A stretch of 63,046 nt of DNA, counting the filler, from Polymyxa betae A26-41 (taxonomy: Eukaryota; Protista; Endomyxa: Phytomyxea): the NCBI GenBank assembly GCA_003693705.1. It is 3 parts of 3 records of this genome, joined end to end, with 100 filler letters (N's around TTAATTAATTAA, not from the genome) between each part and the next. Parts side by side here need not be neighbours in the genome. Positions count along the whole stretch, not along the records: positions 1 to 14,490 come from RBZT01000123.1; 2 more parts are not named here. The stretch is one strand, 5' to 3'. Position 1 is the first letter of the stretch, and the number at the start of each line of letters is the position of its first letter. Made by a program: the position numbers and the translations under genes. A model generated the notes under the pieces. The model was not told where the DNA came from. It saw only the letters and a list, made by a program, of their open reading frames with translations, and made no database searches. Of the stretch, positions 1 through 11,300 are shown one piece after another.

Positions 1-384
1 ACGATATTGATCAAGTTCATTCAGAGCTTGCTGCAAGCGATTTTGGAGATCATTAACATCAGATAACTGCGGTACATTATTCTGATAGTGTTGCTGGTGA
101 AAAAGCGATGGCTGTTGTTGTTGCTGAAGTTGTAGGTTCGTAGCTTCTAAGAATGCAGGGTCTCTAGCTTGGCGATTACCAGGTGGAGGTAGAGACTCGG
201 AACGAGAACGGGCAGTTTGTTCTGGGCCCATAACCAGTTACACGGAACTAAGTTTCTAGAGATTCTAAGACTAAGATGTTGTTAAAGTTAACGAAATACA
301 AGATGATGTTTATATAGATCAGAGACTTTGCAACAAATAGAAACGTGACACATCAGGAGTCACGATGCATGAGACTACGCAACT
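1..384 (-). mobile_element. 5' end of an LTR retrotransposon (element A): putative LTR 236-384, PBS 222-235, start of gag-like ORF running off the window
   Basis: Minus strand reads TAACT-GGTTATGGGCCCAG, the same PBS as the two copia elements. ATG at 231 opens 77 stop-free codons (MGPEQTARSRSESLPPPG...NRLQQALNELDQYR) to the window edge. CTATATAAAC TATA-like box lies in the putative LTR. LTR boundary is inferred; no second LTR is visible. Confidence 0.7.
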
Positions 385-522
385 TTTGGGAGGTCTCTCA
401 TAACTAATTTTTGAAGATTTCTTATTAATTATGCTCATACAAAATGGTCGGGAGATCACAAAAATATTAACTATGAGAGATTACTATTTATGAGATGATT
501 AAGTATGAGAGACTCTACGGTA
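385..522. mobile_element. Terminal fragment of a pogo/Tc1-mariner-like DNA transposon ending ...ACGG|TA
   Basis: ATTAAGTATGAGAGACTCTACGGTA (498-522) with repeated TATGAGA subterminal motifs; 21/25 identical to ATTAATTATAAGAGAGTGTACGGTA at 14782-14806. Confidence 0.5.
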
Positions 523-621
523 TATACAGGAGAGTTAACCTGGACAGACATGGCCCTGAGCATGATTGCACAAACTGTTCTTCCTCAATCATAATTTCCA
601 TGGGCTATCAACGCAGCTGTA

Positions 622-3600
622 TGTAGAATGTGGGCGTCGACCCGACCACTAGTTCGGAACGTTCCAGACCCCCGAACGCGGCCTCCTCTGGATGCCGCCA
701 CGGCGTACGAAATAATACCGAATAACAACCGATCCGTGTGTTGATCTAGCCTTCGCTCGCCACAGTCGTAGAGCTTGTCGAAGACGAAGTTAACGGACGA
801 TGACGACAGCGGAAACTCAGCCTGGAAGCGGCAGCAAGCAGTCTACTACCAAGGGATCTCAACAGGTTATGGGCCCAGCTCACGCGGTTGTCACATTTCC
901 CGGTCCAAGACTAAATGGAAAGAACTGGTCGAAATTCTCGTTCGCATTCCAAGCATTCTTACGTGGATTACGGATGGGGCACCTTCTGGACACCCCTCAC
1001 GCTCCTGGAGAGGATGCCGATATCTGCTTCTCTCTCCTGGTGGGAGCAGTAGAGCCTGACCAGCTGGACATTCTCTTCGAGACTCAGACTCCCGGTCAAG
1101 CTTGGACGTCCCTCAAGAAAGCCTACCAGAATGTCAGCAGCCAGAGCGTTGTCCTGCTCTCCCACGAGTTTCGTCGGGCCAAGACGCGTGACGGGCAGAG
1201 CGCTCAAGAGTTCACCAGCCACATGCTGGAACTTTCCCGTCAGATCAAGGCGGCAGGAGGCGCCGAAATCACCGACATGGACTTCTGTACAACTGTACTG
1301 TTGGAAGTACAGGATCTACCACGGTTCTCTGTCGTTGTCGAATGCCTACTCAACGGCAGCATCCTCCACAAGGCAGAGCTCATCGCTCGCCTGCGGGAAG
1401 CAGAAAAGCGCGCGCACCAGAGATCGCCTGTCGAGCCTCAAGCGGCACTCGTTGCTGATGACAAGAAGCGTGGTAAAGGACGAAACCGGAAGAATCCCGG
1501 CAAGGGTAATAATCAAGGCTCAAAAGATTCCGAAGACGGTGACAAATGCCGACGATGCGGTCAAACTGGTCACTGGGCGAGAGTCTGTCGCGCGAAGGTC
1601 CCACAGAAATCGGACAAGAGTAAGAACCAGCAGGAAGCCAATGCCACCGACCAGTACCTGTTCGCAGCGACCGAATGCTCTTCAACGTCAGGCTTAGAGC
1701 AAGTACAGCGGTGTGTGCTAAGCGCAGTTTATGAGCTAAAAAGGCCGCGCAATAGCGCTGCGCTTTTTTTCGGTTTTCCAGTCGTGAGGCATTCAATGCG
1801 CTATTTTGCTCCTGCGTTTTCTCGTGCGCCAAATTTGGCGCATCGAATACCGCTCGGAATAAACATCCATTCATCTCCATTTCTTTCTCCCTGCCTATCT
1901 CTCTCCTTTGTCTAGGCCCTTGCTGCAATCTTTGCTTTGCTGTAAATATTGGAAGTCCCGAGCAGTCCAATTTCAGAGGAAGGTATTCGTTTCGTAACGC
2001 AAATTTTTTTATTATATATAAAAGCTCCAGAGATATCCGAAAAACGGGTGCTGAACTGCTTTGCTGAATAATTGTTTGGGTTCCCCAATAATCATCCAGT
2101 AAAAGTTTTGAATACAAAACTCGTGCCTATTTAGATTCGGGATGTGTTTTTTTCAAGGTCGAATATTGATGAAGAGGTCTTCATCGCTGTCATCAGAGCT
2201 TGATGAGGCAGAGGAACCTCCGCCTCACATTCCTGGGCCAACACCATTGCATACTGAGTAAAGAGCGCCAGCATCTGCTGCTGGGGAACTGACATTTTAC
2301 AGAATCAGTAATAGCACACAGAATGGACCTGCAAGCACTGCTGGGAGCTTCGAGTTTTCCGCACCTTTTCATACGCTATTTAGTGCGCTATTGATGTTCT
2401 ACCTCACGGAATTTAGCACACACCGCTGTACTTGCTCTATTGACAGTGGCGCATCGTCCCACATGGTAAACCGCTTTGACTACCTGTACGAAGCAAGAGA
2501 GCTATCACCCCTCGTCCGGGTCGTCCTTGGAAACGGCGACGCATATCGGCCGTATGATGTTGACCCCACACATCACCTCAAGAATGTTCTCTACGTCAAG
2601 GGTTTGCGCGAGAACCTCTCTACAACAGCGGCCTGCACGACCGACGGCATCGAAGCCAAGCAAGTCAAGCACAGGTACGATATCGTCAAGGACTGACGTG
2701 TGCTGATATCGGTATCCCGTAAAGGTGGCATGTTCTGCTTCAACGCGATCCCCACAAAGCTTGGTCCGACAGGACAAGAGGTAGCCATGCCAACTATTGA
2801 AGAGCTTCATCGACGATGTGGTCACTCATGCTACGCGACGATAAAGGAGATGATATCAGCCGGCATCCTACCGAAGCCAGATTTCGAGGTCATCACGACC
2901 CCATGCGACGTTTGCGCTAAGGGCAAGATGACAAGGCTTCCAATTCCTATACAGGCAACCAATGCACCACGGAAAATCGGCGAACTCGTTCACAGCGACC
3001 TCTGTGGACCAAGGCCTACGCAATCCATCCAGGGGAGCAAGTACATCGTGACGTACATCGACGACGCCACTAACTTCGTGCACATGGCCTTCCTAAAAGA
3101 GAAGTCGGACCAGCTTCAAGAATTCATCGCGTACGATCGGGCCATGGAAAAGCAGTTCGATGCACCAGTCCGGATTTTCAGCTCCGATGGAGGCGGAGAG
3201 TACACAAGCAAAGCAGCAGCAGAGTACATGAGACGCCGTGGGATCAACTTTGAACGCTCGACGCCCGGCACCCCGCAGTAGAACGGCGAAGCAGAGCGTA
3301 TGAATCGGGCCCTTTGCGTGATGGAGCGATGCTTGCGAGCCGACGCCCAGCTACCCAAATGGTATTGGGAATACGAGATCAAGATGGCCGCCTTCATAAG
3401 GAACCGGACACCAACATCCTCTAACGCGCGGCGAGCGACGCCCTTCGAGCTCCTCTTCGGTCACGTACCTGATCTCTCCGATCTTCCCATCTTCGGATCA
3501 AAGGTGGAGGTTCTCGTTCAGGACCGGGCGAGAGACAAGCTCGACATGAAATCAAAGAGCTGAATCTTCCTAAGATACGCTGACGGTATGAAAGCATGCA

Positions 3601-5651
3601 TATTCGAAGATTTATCTGATTGTAAGCGGTTTGTTTCACGTGATTGGCGACCATCAGTGGAACCGGCAGCGGTCGAGCTGCAGATGGACGAAGAGGAAGA
3701 CGAACCGGAGACGGAAGACCAGCCCCCACCGAATCCGAGCGACAAAATCACAGTCATGGTCGGACTACCAAGTAGTCGGGCGACCGACAACGTCCGCTCG
3801 CCGAGCCAGGACGCCGATCCAAATAGAGACGTCGAGCCACAACAACAGCATCAAGAAGGACCGTCCGAGATTGCCAGTGAACGATCGACTACCAGCATTC
3901 GAAGGCAAGTGTAGCAAGCTCGTGTCAGCATTGGCCGAGGGAGACCTGCATCAACGTCAGCACCAGGATCTATACCAATGGCAACAAACGTACGAAGGTC
4001 GAGCCGAAACCATGCTCCTCGCGACTTCTTCTCACAAACGCAATCACTGGGGATGGCGGTCGGCGTCGACAACGAGCCACGGTCTGCCCAACAAGCTTTG
4101 TCGGAAGTCAAGTGGCGCAAAGCCATGGAAGAGGAGTTCGCCGCTTTGTAAAAGAATGAATCATGGCAGCTAGTCGAAGAACCGAAGGGAAGGAACATCA
4201 TCGGAGGGAAATGGTGCTTCAAGGCGAAGAGGGATGCTGAAAGGAACATAGTAAGATGCAAGGCTGGATTCGTTGCTCGCGGTTTTACCCAACAGGCCGG
4301 CGTCGACTACGATGAGACTTTCTCCCCCGTCGTCTCTCTGATATCATTGTGATGGGTGCTCGCGATCGCGGCGGAGTCTGGAATGTATCTGCGACAGCTT
4401 GACGTCAACACAGCCTTCTTGTATGGCGACCTGGAGGAAGAACTGCACCTCGAGCAACCTGAAGGCTTCGAGCAGGAGACGACCGACGGCAAGAAGGCGG
4501 TCTGCCGGCTGCGGAAGGTTGTCTACGGCCTAAAGCAAGCCGGGCGGGTGTGGTGGAAACAAGTCGATGATTACTTACAGCAGACGGGCTTCATCAGCAC
4601 TACCAGCGACCCTTGCGTCTACGTTAGCAGCGACACCGATGTCATCACTATAATCTGCATCTATGTCGACGACCTGGTTCTTGCAGCGACTTCAAACAAA
4701 CGTCTGGGTAAGCTCGAAGGACTCCTCCGTCAGAAGTATTCCATGAAGCCGACCGGTGACCTAGATTTGTTTTAGGAATCAAAATTTCACAAGATCGAGA
4801 AGCGAAGACGATTACCCTGTCGCAGAGCGCCTACGCGAAGAGCATCCTCGCGAGATTCGGGATGGATACTTGTAAACCCCTGACGACGCCTTTTGCGGTG
4901 GGAGCGACGCTGACCCGACCCGACGACGACTCGAAATATCCCTACTCACAGGCTGTCGGCTCGTTGATGTACTTAATGCAAGAAACAAGACCTGACCTGG
5001 CTCATGCGGTTGGAGTCGCGTCTCGCTTCAGCAACAATCCAGGTCCTGAGAACGTCGCGTTTTTAAAACGGATCATGCGATACCTACAAGGCACGGTGGA
5101 GTTATCTATCAAGTACGGTGGCCAACCCCAGACACTGACCTGTTATGTCGACGCTGACTTCGCGGGCGACGTCGAGGACCGCAAGTCGACGACCGGGTAT
5201 GTGTTCCTGCTGAGCGGCGATCCAGTCTGACCAGTCAGCAGAGCCAGCCGGCGACAAGGGTGTGTCGCTCTGTCGACGACCGAAGCCGAGTACGTGGCCT
5301 TGGGGACGGCGACAAGAGAGACTATGTGGTTGCGCACTCTCCTCGCCGAGGTGGGCTGCGCGCAGACAGAGGCCACTCCCATGCACGAGGACAACCAGGG
5401 TGCGATCGCGGTGGCGACGAGTGAGAAATCAAGTGGACGAACGAAGCACATAGACGTGAAGTGCCACTACGTTCGAGAGGCCGTGAAAAATTGCGCAGTG
5501 AAAATTATCTACTGCCCATCGGACATTATGTTGGCGGACATTTTAACTAAGGCGATCACGGCACTGCGATTTCAAGACCTACGTGCCCATCTACATGGAA
5601 ACGTCGCGTCGACGGTGGGAGTGTAGAATGTGGGCGTCGACCCGACCACTA
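622..5651 (+). mobile_element. Ty1/copia LTR retrotransposon (element B), degenerate; 5' LTR 622-864, 3' LTR truncated after 30 bp (5622-5651)
   Basis: TGTAGAATGTGGGCGTCGACCCGACCACTA at both 622 and 5622. LTR ends AACA, followed by PBS GGTTATGGGCCCAG (865-878). PPT-like GGTGGGAG precedes the 3' LTR. Domain order: gag (CRRCGQTGHWARVC knuckle), protease (IDSGASSHM), integrase (HRRCGH..CDVC, VHSDLCGP, SDGGGEY), RT (QLDVNTAFLYG, YVDDL), RNase H (YVDADFAG, EDNQGA, KHIDVK). Multiple stops and frameshifts. Confidence 0.95.
1697..2437 (-). mobile_element. Non-autonomous PIF/Harbinger (Tourist/Pong-like) element, 741 bp, inserted between gag and protease of element B
   Basis: Perfect 25-bp TIRs GAGCAAGTACAGCGGTGTGTGCTAA (1697-1721 / 2413-2437), flanked by TTA left and TA(T) right. 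Internal minus-strand remnant (LLDDYW...FRISLELL...NEYLPLKLDCSGLPIFTAKQ) resembles the N-terminus of Pong-type transposases. Confidence 0.9.
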
Positions 5652-6000
5652 CCGTCTTCCCCCGAACATAACACAATGGTGTTATGTCCGAATATCAGTA
5701 ATAAACTTTTTTATCGTACCGATTTTGAATGTCTCCGCACTCCGTGGCGGAGTGTAAGAGTGTCGCCCTTGCCTCTGTCTGATTTTCCTCCGTCCACAAT
5801 ACAGATAATCGACATGGTTGTTTTAGGGTCTTTTTTCGGAATAAAGGTCTTTATTGAAAATTTAATCGAATACCTTCTCTTAGAACTCCAATACTGTAAC
5901 TCTTGCCGAAATAAGTCCGTCCGCGATACAGATTATTGACATGGTTATTTTTGGGGTCATTTTTTGGAGTGAAGATCATGCCTGAAAATATTATCGAATA
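5652..6000. mobile_element. Probable pogo-like DNA transposon left end interrupting the 3' LTR of element B; contains a diverged ~83-bp direct repeat (5790-5872 / 5917-6000)
   Basis: LTR identity stops exactly at TA|CCGTCTTCCCCCGAACATAAC, a TA+CCGT terminus like the ACGG|TA ends at 520 and 14804. Hairpin CATAACAC-AATG-GTGTTATG follows. Confidence 0.45.
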
Positions 6001-6019
6001 GATTATGTTTGAATTCTAA

Positions 6020-7364
6020 AATGATCGTCGAAGATGAACGCGACAGCTATCATAGGAAACAAAGTGGTACCGATTCAGAACTGGTTATCATTCCTGAGCG
6101 TATGGGGGATCAACTTGTGTTGGATAGGATGGAAAATTCTTTACATGGCAGAATTGCCAAGATTTTGGAAACACGTGATGCGGAGACTGATTATCGACGA
6201 ATGCGCGATTTACGTATTCATCATTGGATGAGGAAAGGCAGAAATGGTGTCAACTAATGGTAGTCTTCTATTTAAAGAGTAAACAGCAGTTGTTTTTATT
6301 GACATCCTAACAGTCCATGTCAATACCACAGGCTCGTGCTTCTTCTTCGATCTTTTTCATCTCCATCAGCCGTTTTGTTTTGAGCCATTTCTGGCAAATA
6401 AGGTCTGTCGGATCATTAAACAGCTTCAGCTGATTTTGCTCTTTGAAGATACGGTTTTGTTCTTCAAGAAGAGCATTCCGCTTAGATACCTGTTCACTAG
6501 AATGTTGACGTCGTTACTCTTTGCTGCGATCGACTAACTCAATCCCAGCTGAGGCGTTTTTAGCTTTTTTGGCAACCTTGTTCCCTATGGGACGCCCATC
6601 TGACTGTTTTTAAACTCATCAAATGATTCGTTCTCATCGCCTGAAGAAAACGCCGAATTGTTGGCCGAGGAGCTGTCGGTTTTGGAACAGCTATCGATCT
6701 GTTTGATGGAGTAGCCGTACTCTTCCAAACAAAGATTGCGCTTTTTGCTTTCATGTTTACCGACCAGCGGAGATGGAGTCTTGGCACTGAACGACAGACT
6801 CTTCCACTTGCTGAAGTTCCTGACAATCCTCCATACTTCTAATTATTCGAAGCGCTTTTTTTGTATAGTTAAAAATGCTTGCAGCGCGTCCTCAATATAA
6901 TCATCTTCGGTCGCTCCACTACGTGGCGTGCGAGTAGCTAGTTCGAAAAATCCGCAGAACGCATTAACGTCTCGTTGAACATTGCTCCAGTGATTTTCGA
7001 GAGCGCACCTGGTGCGTGAAATGACGATCACGCTGATGTCACCACAATTTTGGATGATTAGTTTAAATTTTAAGTTTTTTCTCAACTGTCCCCCAGTATT
7101 CTGCCGCTTTCATATTGTAGCCTCTTTCAGGGTCATTACTGGCAGAAGCAACGGCTCTGGCCAAGGCCTGGTCCTCAATAGGCTTCCAACTGAGCGATCG
7201 ACCCATTTAACTTCGATGCAATAGCGGTCAAGTTATTTCAACGCAAATAGCTGAAACTGGTTGCAATAACTCGAGCTATTGTCCAAATAACTGGCTGTTG
7301 GGCAACCAGTTAAGATTTATTAAAATACGTTTTGCTATAACTGCGACCGGTGGGAATGCTCTTA
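6020..7364. mobile_element. Truncated Pong-type Harbinger: transposase C-terminus (+, ~6020-6257) tail-to-tail with a Myb/SANT-like ORF pseudogene (-, ~6307-7100); TIR-like end at 7349-7361 plus TTA
   Basis: MIVEDERD...RRMRDLRIHHW resembles the Pong transposase tail. Minus strand RTRCALENHWSNVQRDVNAFCGFF..RSGATEDDYIEDA..KKRFE*LEVWRIVRNFSKW is the Harbinger Myb-like partner with a premature stop. GGTGGGAATGCTC|TTA is a GAGCA-type TIR with 3-bp target. Confidence 0.8.
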
Positions 7365-8329
7365 TCGCTTATATAATTCAGATAGTACGCACCATACTGC
7401 GTACGGAGGTTTAGAGAACCTCAAATCTGATACACAACAAACTCGTCAATTCCGCCCTTGACTATAGATGGATAAGAGAAGTGTTTTTTTGTTTTGTTAT
7501 ACTTACACCCTCTCCAGAATATGTCTGCTTGATTTTGAATGTCTCTGGCGCTCACTTTTGCCAATATTGGGATACGTTTCTTAATCACGCTCCCGGTTGG
7601 GATCTTTGCGAATTCGTCGTGGTAGCGTTAGTGCCTCTGCAAAGCGTGTAAGTGGGGCTTAGAAATATCATAAATTGAGGCTTCGTTTGTTTTTCAATCG
7701 CTATCTCCATTCGCCATCGAAACCCTATCACAAGCGTTTGTGTTCGCGCTTTGCAGACATGCGGAGACAGCCCCCTCTGTGCCGCCGGCACAGTGACGGT
7801 TCGACTGAAGGGGACATAAGAAAAGAACAAACACCAGTTGTGCATAGCCATCGCTACAATGTAACCCCAAACTAATATCGTTATGTTGAAGTACAACTTT
7901 TATCAGAGCCACCTAGCGGTAGTTTCGAATGTTTAAAGAGAAATGCAATTCGTGCCTTGCCCCCATATAGTTTACGAAGTAATCCAAAGCTGGCTCGCAA
8001 CTTTTTCAATTACTGGAAAAATTGTAAACAATATGGGATCAATTTTTGTATAAACTGAATGTATGTATGCACGCAAGGACGTCGATTTGATTGGCAGCTT
8101 TGAGCCTCAGCATCATATCGCTTTACTACAGTTATGAAAGTCCATGAAAATGAAAGATCTAATGCCCTGGCTAAGGGCGATCACCACTTATTCAAATGGT
8201 CTATCAAAGAGCGCGTTTGGTTACCACGCAATTTCAGAATCGGATTTTGCGGAAACCGGATTTCTATTTAGAACAAACCTGTTTTCGCAAAATCTTGATT
8301 TTAAGTACTTGCGGGCACCAAACGAACAT

Positions 8330-11300
8330 AAGCTCCTCTGATGATGAACAAACTTGGAATGACATGCGACGCCAGGCTGTGGCTCTGGTCGGGAAATGGT
8401 ATGCCGAAACCTATTGAATTACACAGCGCTGTCGTACGTCGACGCTTTAAGGCCGGCAATGGGTCCAGGAATTAATAACCGGGAATCCGGTGCGAATTTA
8501 CGAATGTCTTCGTATGAGCTCCCGTATATACAATAAGCTGAAACGCAAACTGCTCAGCTGTGGGGGTATACAGCCCACTCGCAACATGAGTTTAGACGAA
8601 ATGCTTGCAATATTCCTTTTCACCGTTTCCCACAGTTCGAAGAACAGGGATGCACAAGAACGATTTCAAAGGAGCGGGGAAACCATTAGCAGGAAAGTTA
8701 CGTATATTTTCGCAACAAATTGTTTTAAATTTCTCCAATGCAGGGTTCTGCATGTTGACGCAACCTGTCGGTTGTCGGATGTCAAGCGCGTGGCTCTGCG
8801 TGCCTCTGCTCCTAATGTGGAGATGTCCCAATACAAATACTTGATTACTCTGCAATATCGTGTCTAGTACATACACCTCACTTCTACAGGTTATGGGCCC
8901 AGACGCTTCTAACACCAAGTTCACGAGCGAGTTGCTGAACGGCAACAGCTGGACGGTATGGGCATGGGAGTTCAAGATCGGCGCCCACGACGCTGGCGTC
9001 TGGAGCATAATCGATGGATCTGAACCAAGGCCGGCATCGCCGGCGGATCCGGACGACGCTGCGAAATGGAACAAGCGCCATGCCACGGATATCCACCAAC
9101 TCGCCAAGTGTATCAACGGCGATATGAAGCGCAAGATCATGGGAAAAGACACTGCAAAGGCAGCCTGGTATGCCTTAAAAGAGCACTTTAAAGCAAAGTC
9201 CGGGCAAGAACGCTTCAGACGCAGGCAAGAACTGAATAGTCTTAAGATGCGCGATTTCAAGTCACTGTCGGCATGTATTGATGCGGTTAATGAGAAAGCA
9301 TGCCAACTGAAAGAAATCAACGGCTCCTGCGGAGACAAGGACATTCTCTACGTGATTCTCGCCGGCCTACCGGACCAATACGACTACGCTGCATCATACA
9401 TCAGACAAGCTGACATGTCACTAGACAAAGCGATCGCGTACCTGAATTCCGAGTCGGCGGCCAAGTCCCAGAATCAAGCAACCTCGTCCGAAAGACGAAG
9501 CAGCCGGAACCAAAACACCCAGGAGCGCTCAGCCTTCGCCGCAAACGGAGGCAAAGGGCGTAAATATCGTGGAAGGGCGATCCGTAACCGAAACAGAGGC
9601 GGAAACGAATGTCATCGATGTGGAGAAAGCGGGCATCATGCGAAAGACTGCACAGCCCCGGCCCCGAAACCGAAATCTTCAAGCGACAAGAAGGAGAGCA
9701 CAGTCTATGCGGCATTCTTCGGCGGCGCTAACGAAAGCCGATCGACGAAGTGGTACATCGACTCCGGCGCCACCCACCACATGACAGGTAACGAAAACGC
9801 GCTCGGACAACGTCGGCAGGAATCACAGCACCCGCCTATAACAATCGGAGATGGCACACAACTGCAAGTAAAATCAGTGGCTGACACCAGAACCGGCTCG
9901 GTAAAGCTTCATGGCGTGCTTCACATACCTGGACTCGCTGCAAATCTCGTATCGATCACCAAAGCCCTGGACAATGGAGTCGACGAAATCTCGTTCAAGC
10001 AGAAGAAGGTCGAATTCCACAAAGATGGCAAAGTGATAGCTACAGGGACGAGATCCGGCAACCTATTCGCACTCGATAACACAGCGATGACGGCAACCTC
10101 GGATTCCGACACCGGTAACGCGACCCGAGACACATTCCGTAACTGGCACGACCGACTCGGGCATATCTGCTATGAGAAGATACAGCAGCTGGCGAAGAAC
10201 GGCACCATCAATGGGACCGGAGCCATACAACCAAAGACGGAGAAGTGCGCGGTGTGCCTAGAAGGAGGAATGAGAAGGAAGCGGCGGCAAGCACGGCCGG
10301 AATCGGTCAAAGCTTCAAGACTTGGAGAGATTTTCCATTCAGACGTATGCGGACCAATGCATAAGGAAGGCACTAGAGGAGCACGATACTTCGTAACGTT
10401 CATCGATGATTGTTCTCGTCATGTTTCAGTGTTCACCATACATTACAAATCTCAGGTCCTATCGAAATTTAAGGAGCTAGTAAATGCCATTGAGACGGAG
10501 CTCGAGCCTCGAAGAGTTAAAACACTTATCAGCGACAACGGAGGCGAATACAAAAGCCCCGAATTCGAACAGTTCTGCAGCGATAAGGGCATTCTTCACG
10601 TGACAACATGCCCTTATACACCGAATCAGAGCGGAGTTGCTGAACGTTGTAACCGAACACTGTGCAACACGATGAGGAGTATGCTGTCGCAGAACAAGTC
10701 CCCGGCGGCATGGTGGTGTGAAGCCATAACATACGCGGCCTATATTCGAAACAGATCACCAGCGCGGACACTTAATGGATCAATCCCGTATGAGAAACGA
10801 TTCAACAAGCCCGCAAAACTGGACCTCGTTCAACCCTTCGGATGCAAGGTCTACAAAATGACGTTGGATGGATCGAAGCAGAAACTTGATGCTCGAGCAA
10901 CACCAGCACGTTTGTCCCCAGAACGAATGGGATTAGCTTTTGCGCCTTCCATCTGGATCCCTAACAACATCACTTGAAGTAAGTCCACCTATCACAGAAA
11001 CAGCCACAGTTTCGGAACCTGCTCCGCGCCAGGAGGGGACGAAGAGCGCTCCAGCCACGACAGAGCAGAAACAAGATTCGACGCCCGAAACCGATGACTT
11101 CGAGCAGGACGAAACTGTAAACATCGACGACGCAGTCCAGACCCATGAAAATGTGCCACGCCGGGGAACAAGAATACGACAGCCCCCAAATAGACTCACA
11201 AACAAGTTCGGCTACACTGGTTTCTGTTTTCTCATGAGTCAAAGTGCACCCAACTCAGGCGAACCTAAAACGTACCTCGAAGCAATCCGTGCTTCCGAAT

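Noticed and set aside
800-1915. 371-aa ORF as a novel gag fusion
   Set aside because: The C-terminal ~70 aa is read-through into the inserted Harbinger element.
7895-7920. TTTTATCAGAGCCACC as a histone 3' stem-loop
   Set aside because: The 5' arm (GGCTC) is absent and there is no histone gene on this contig.
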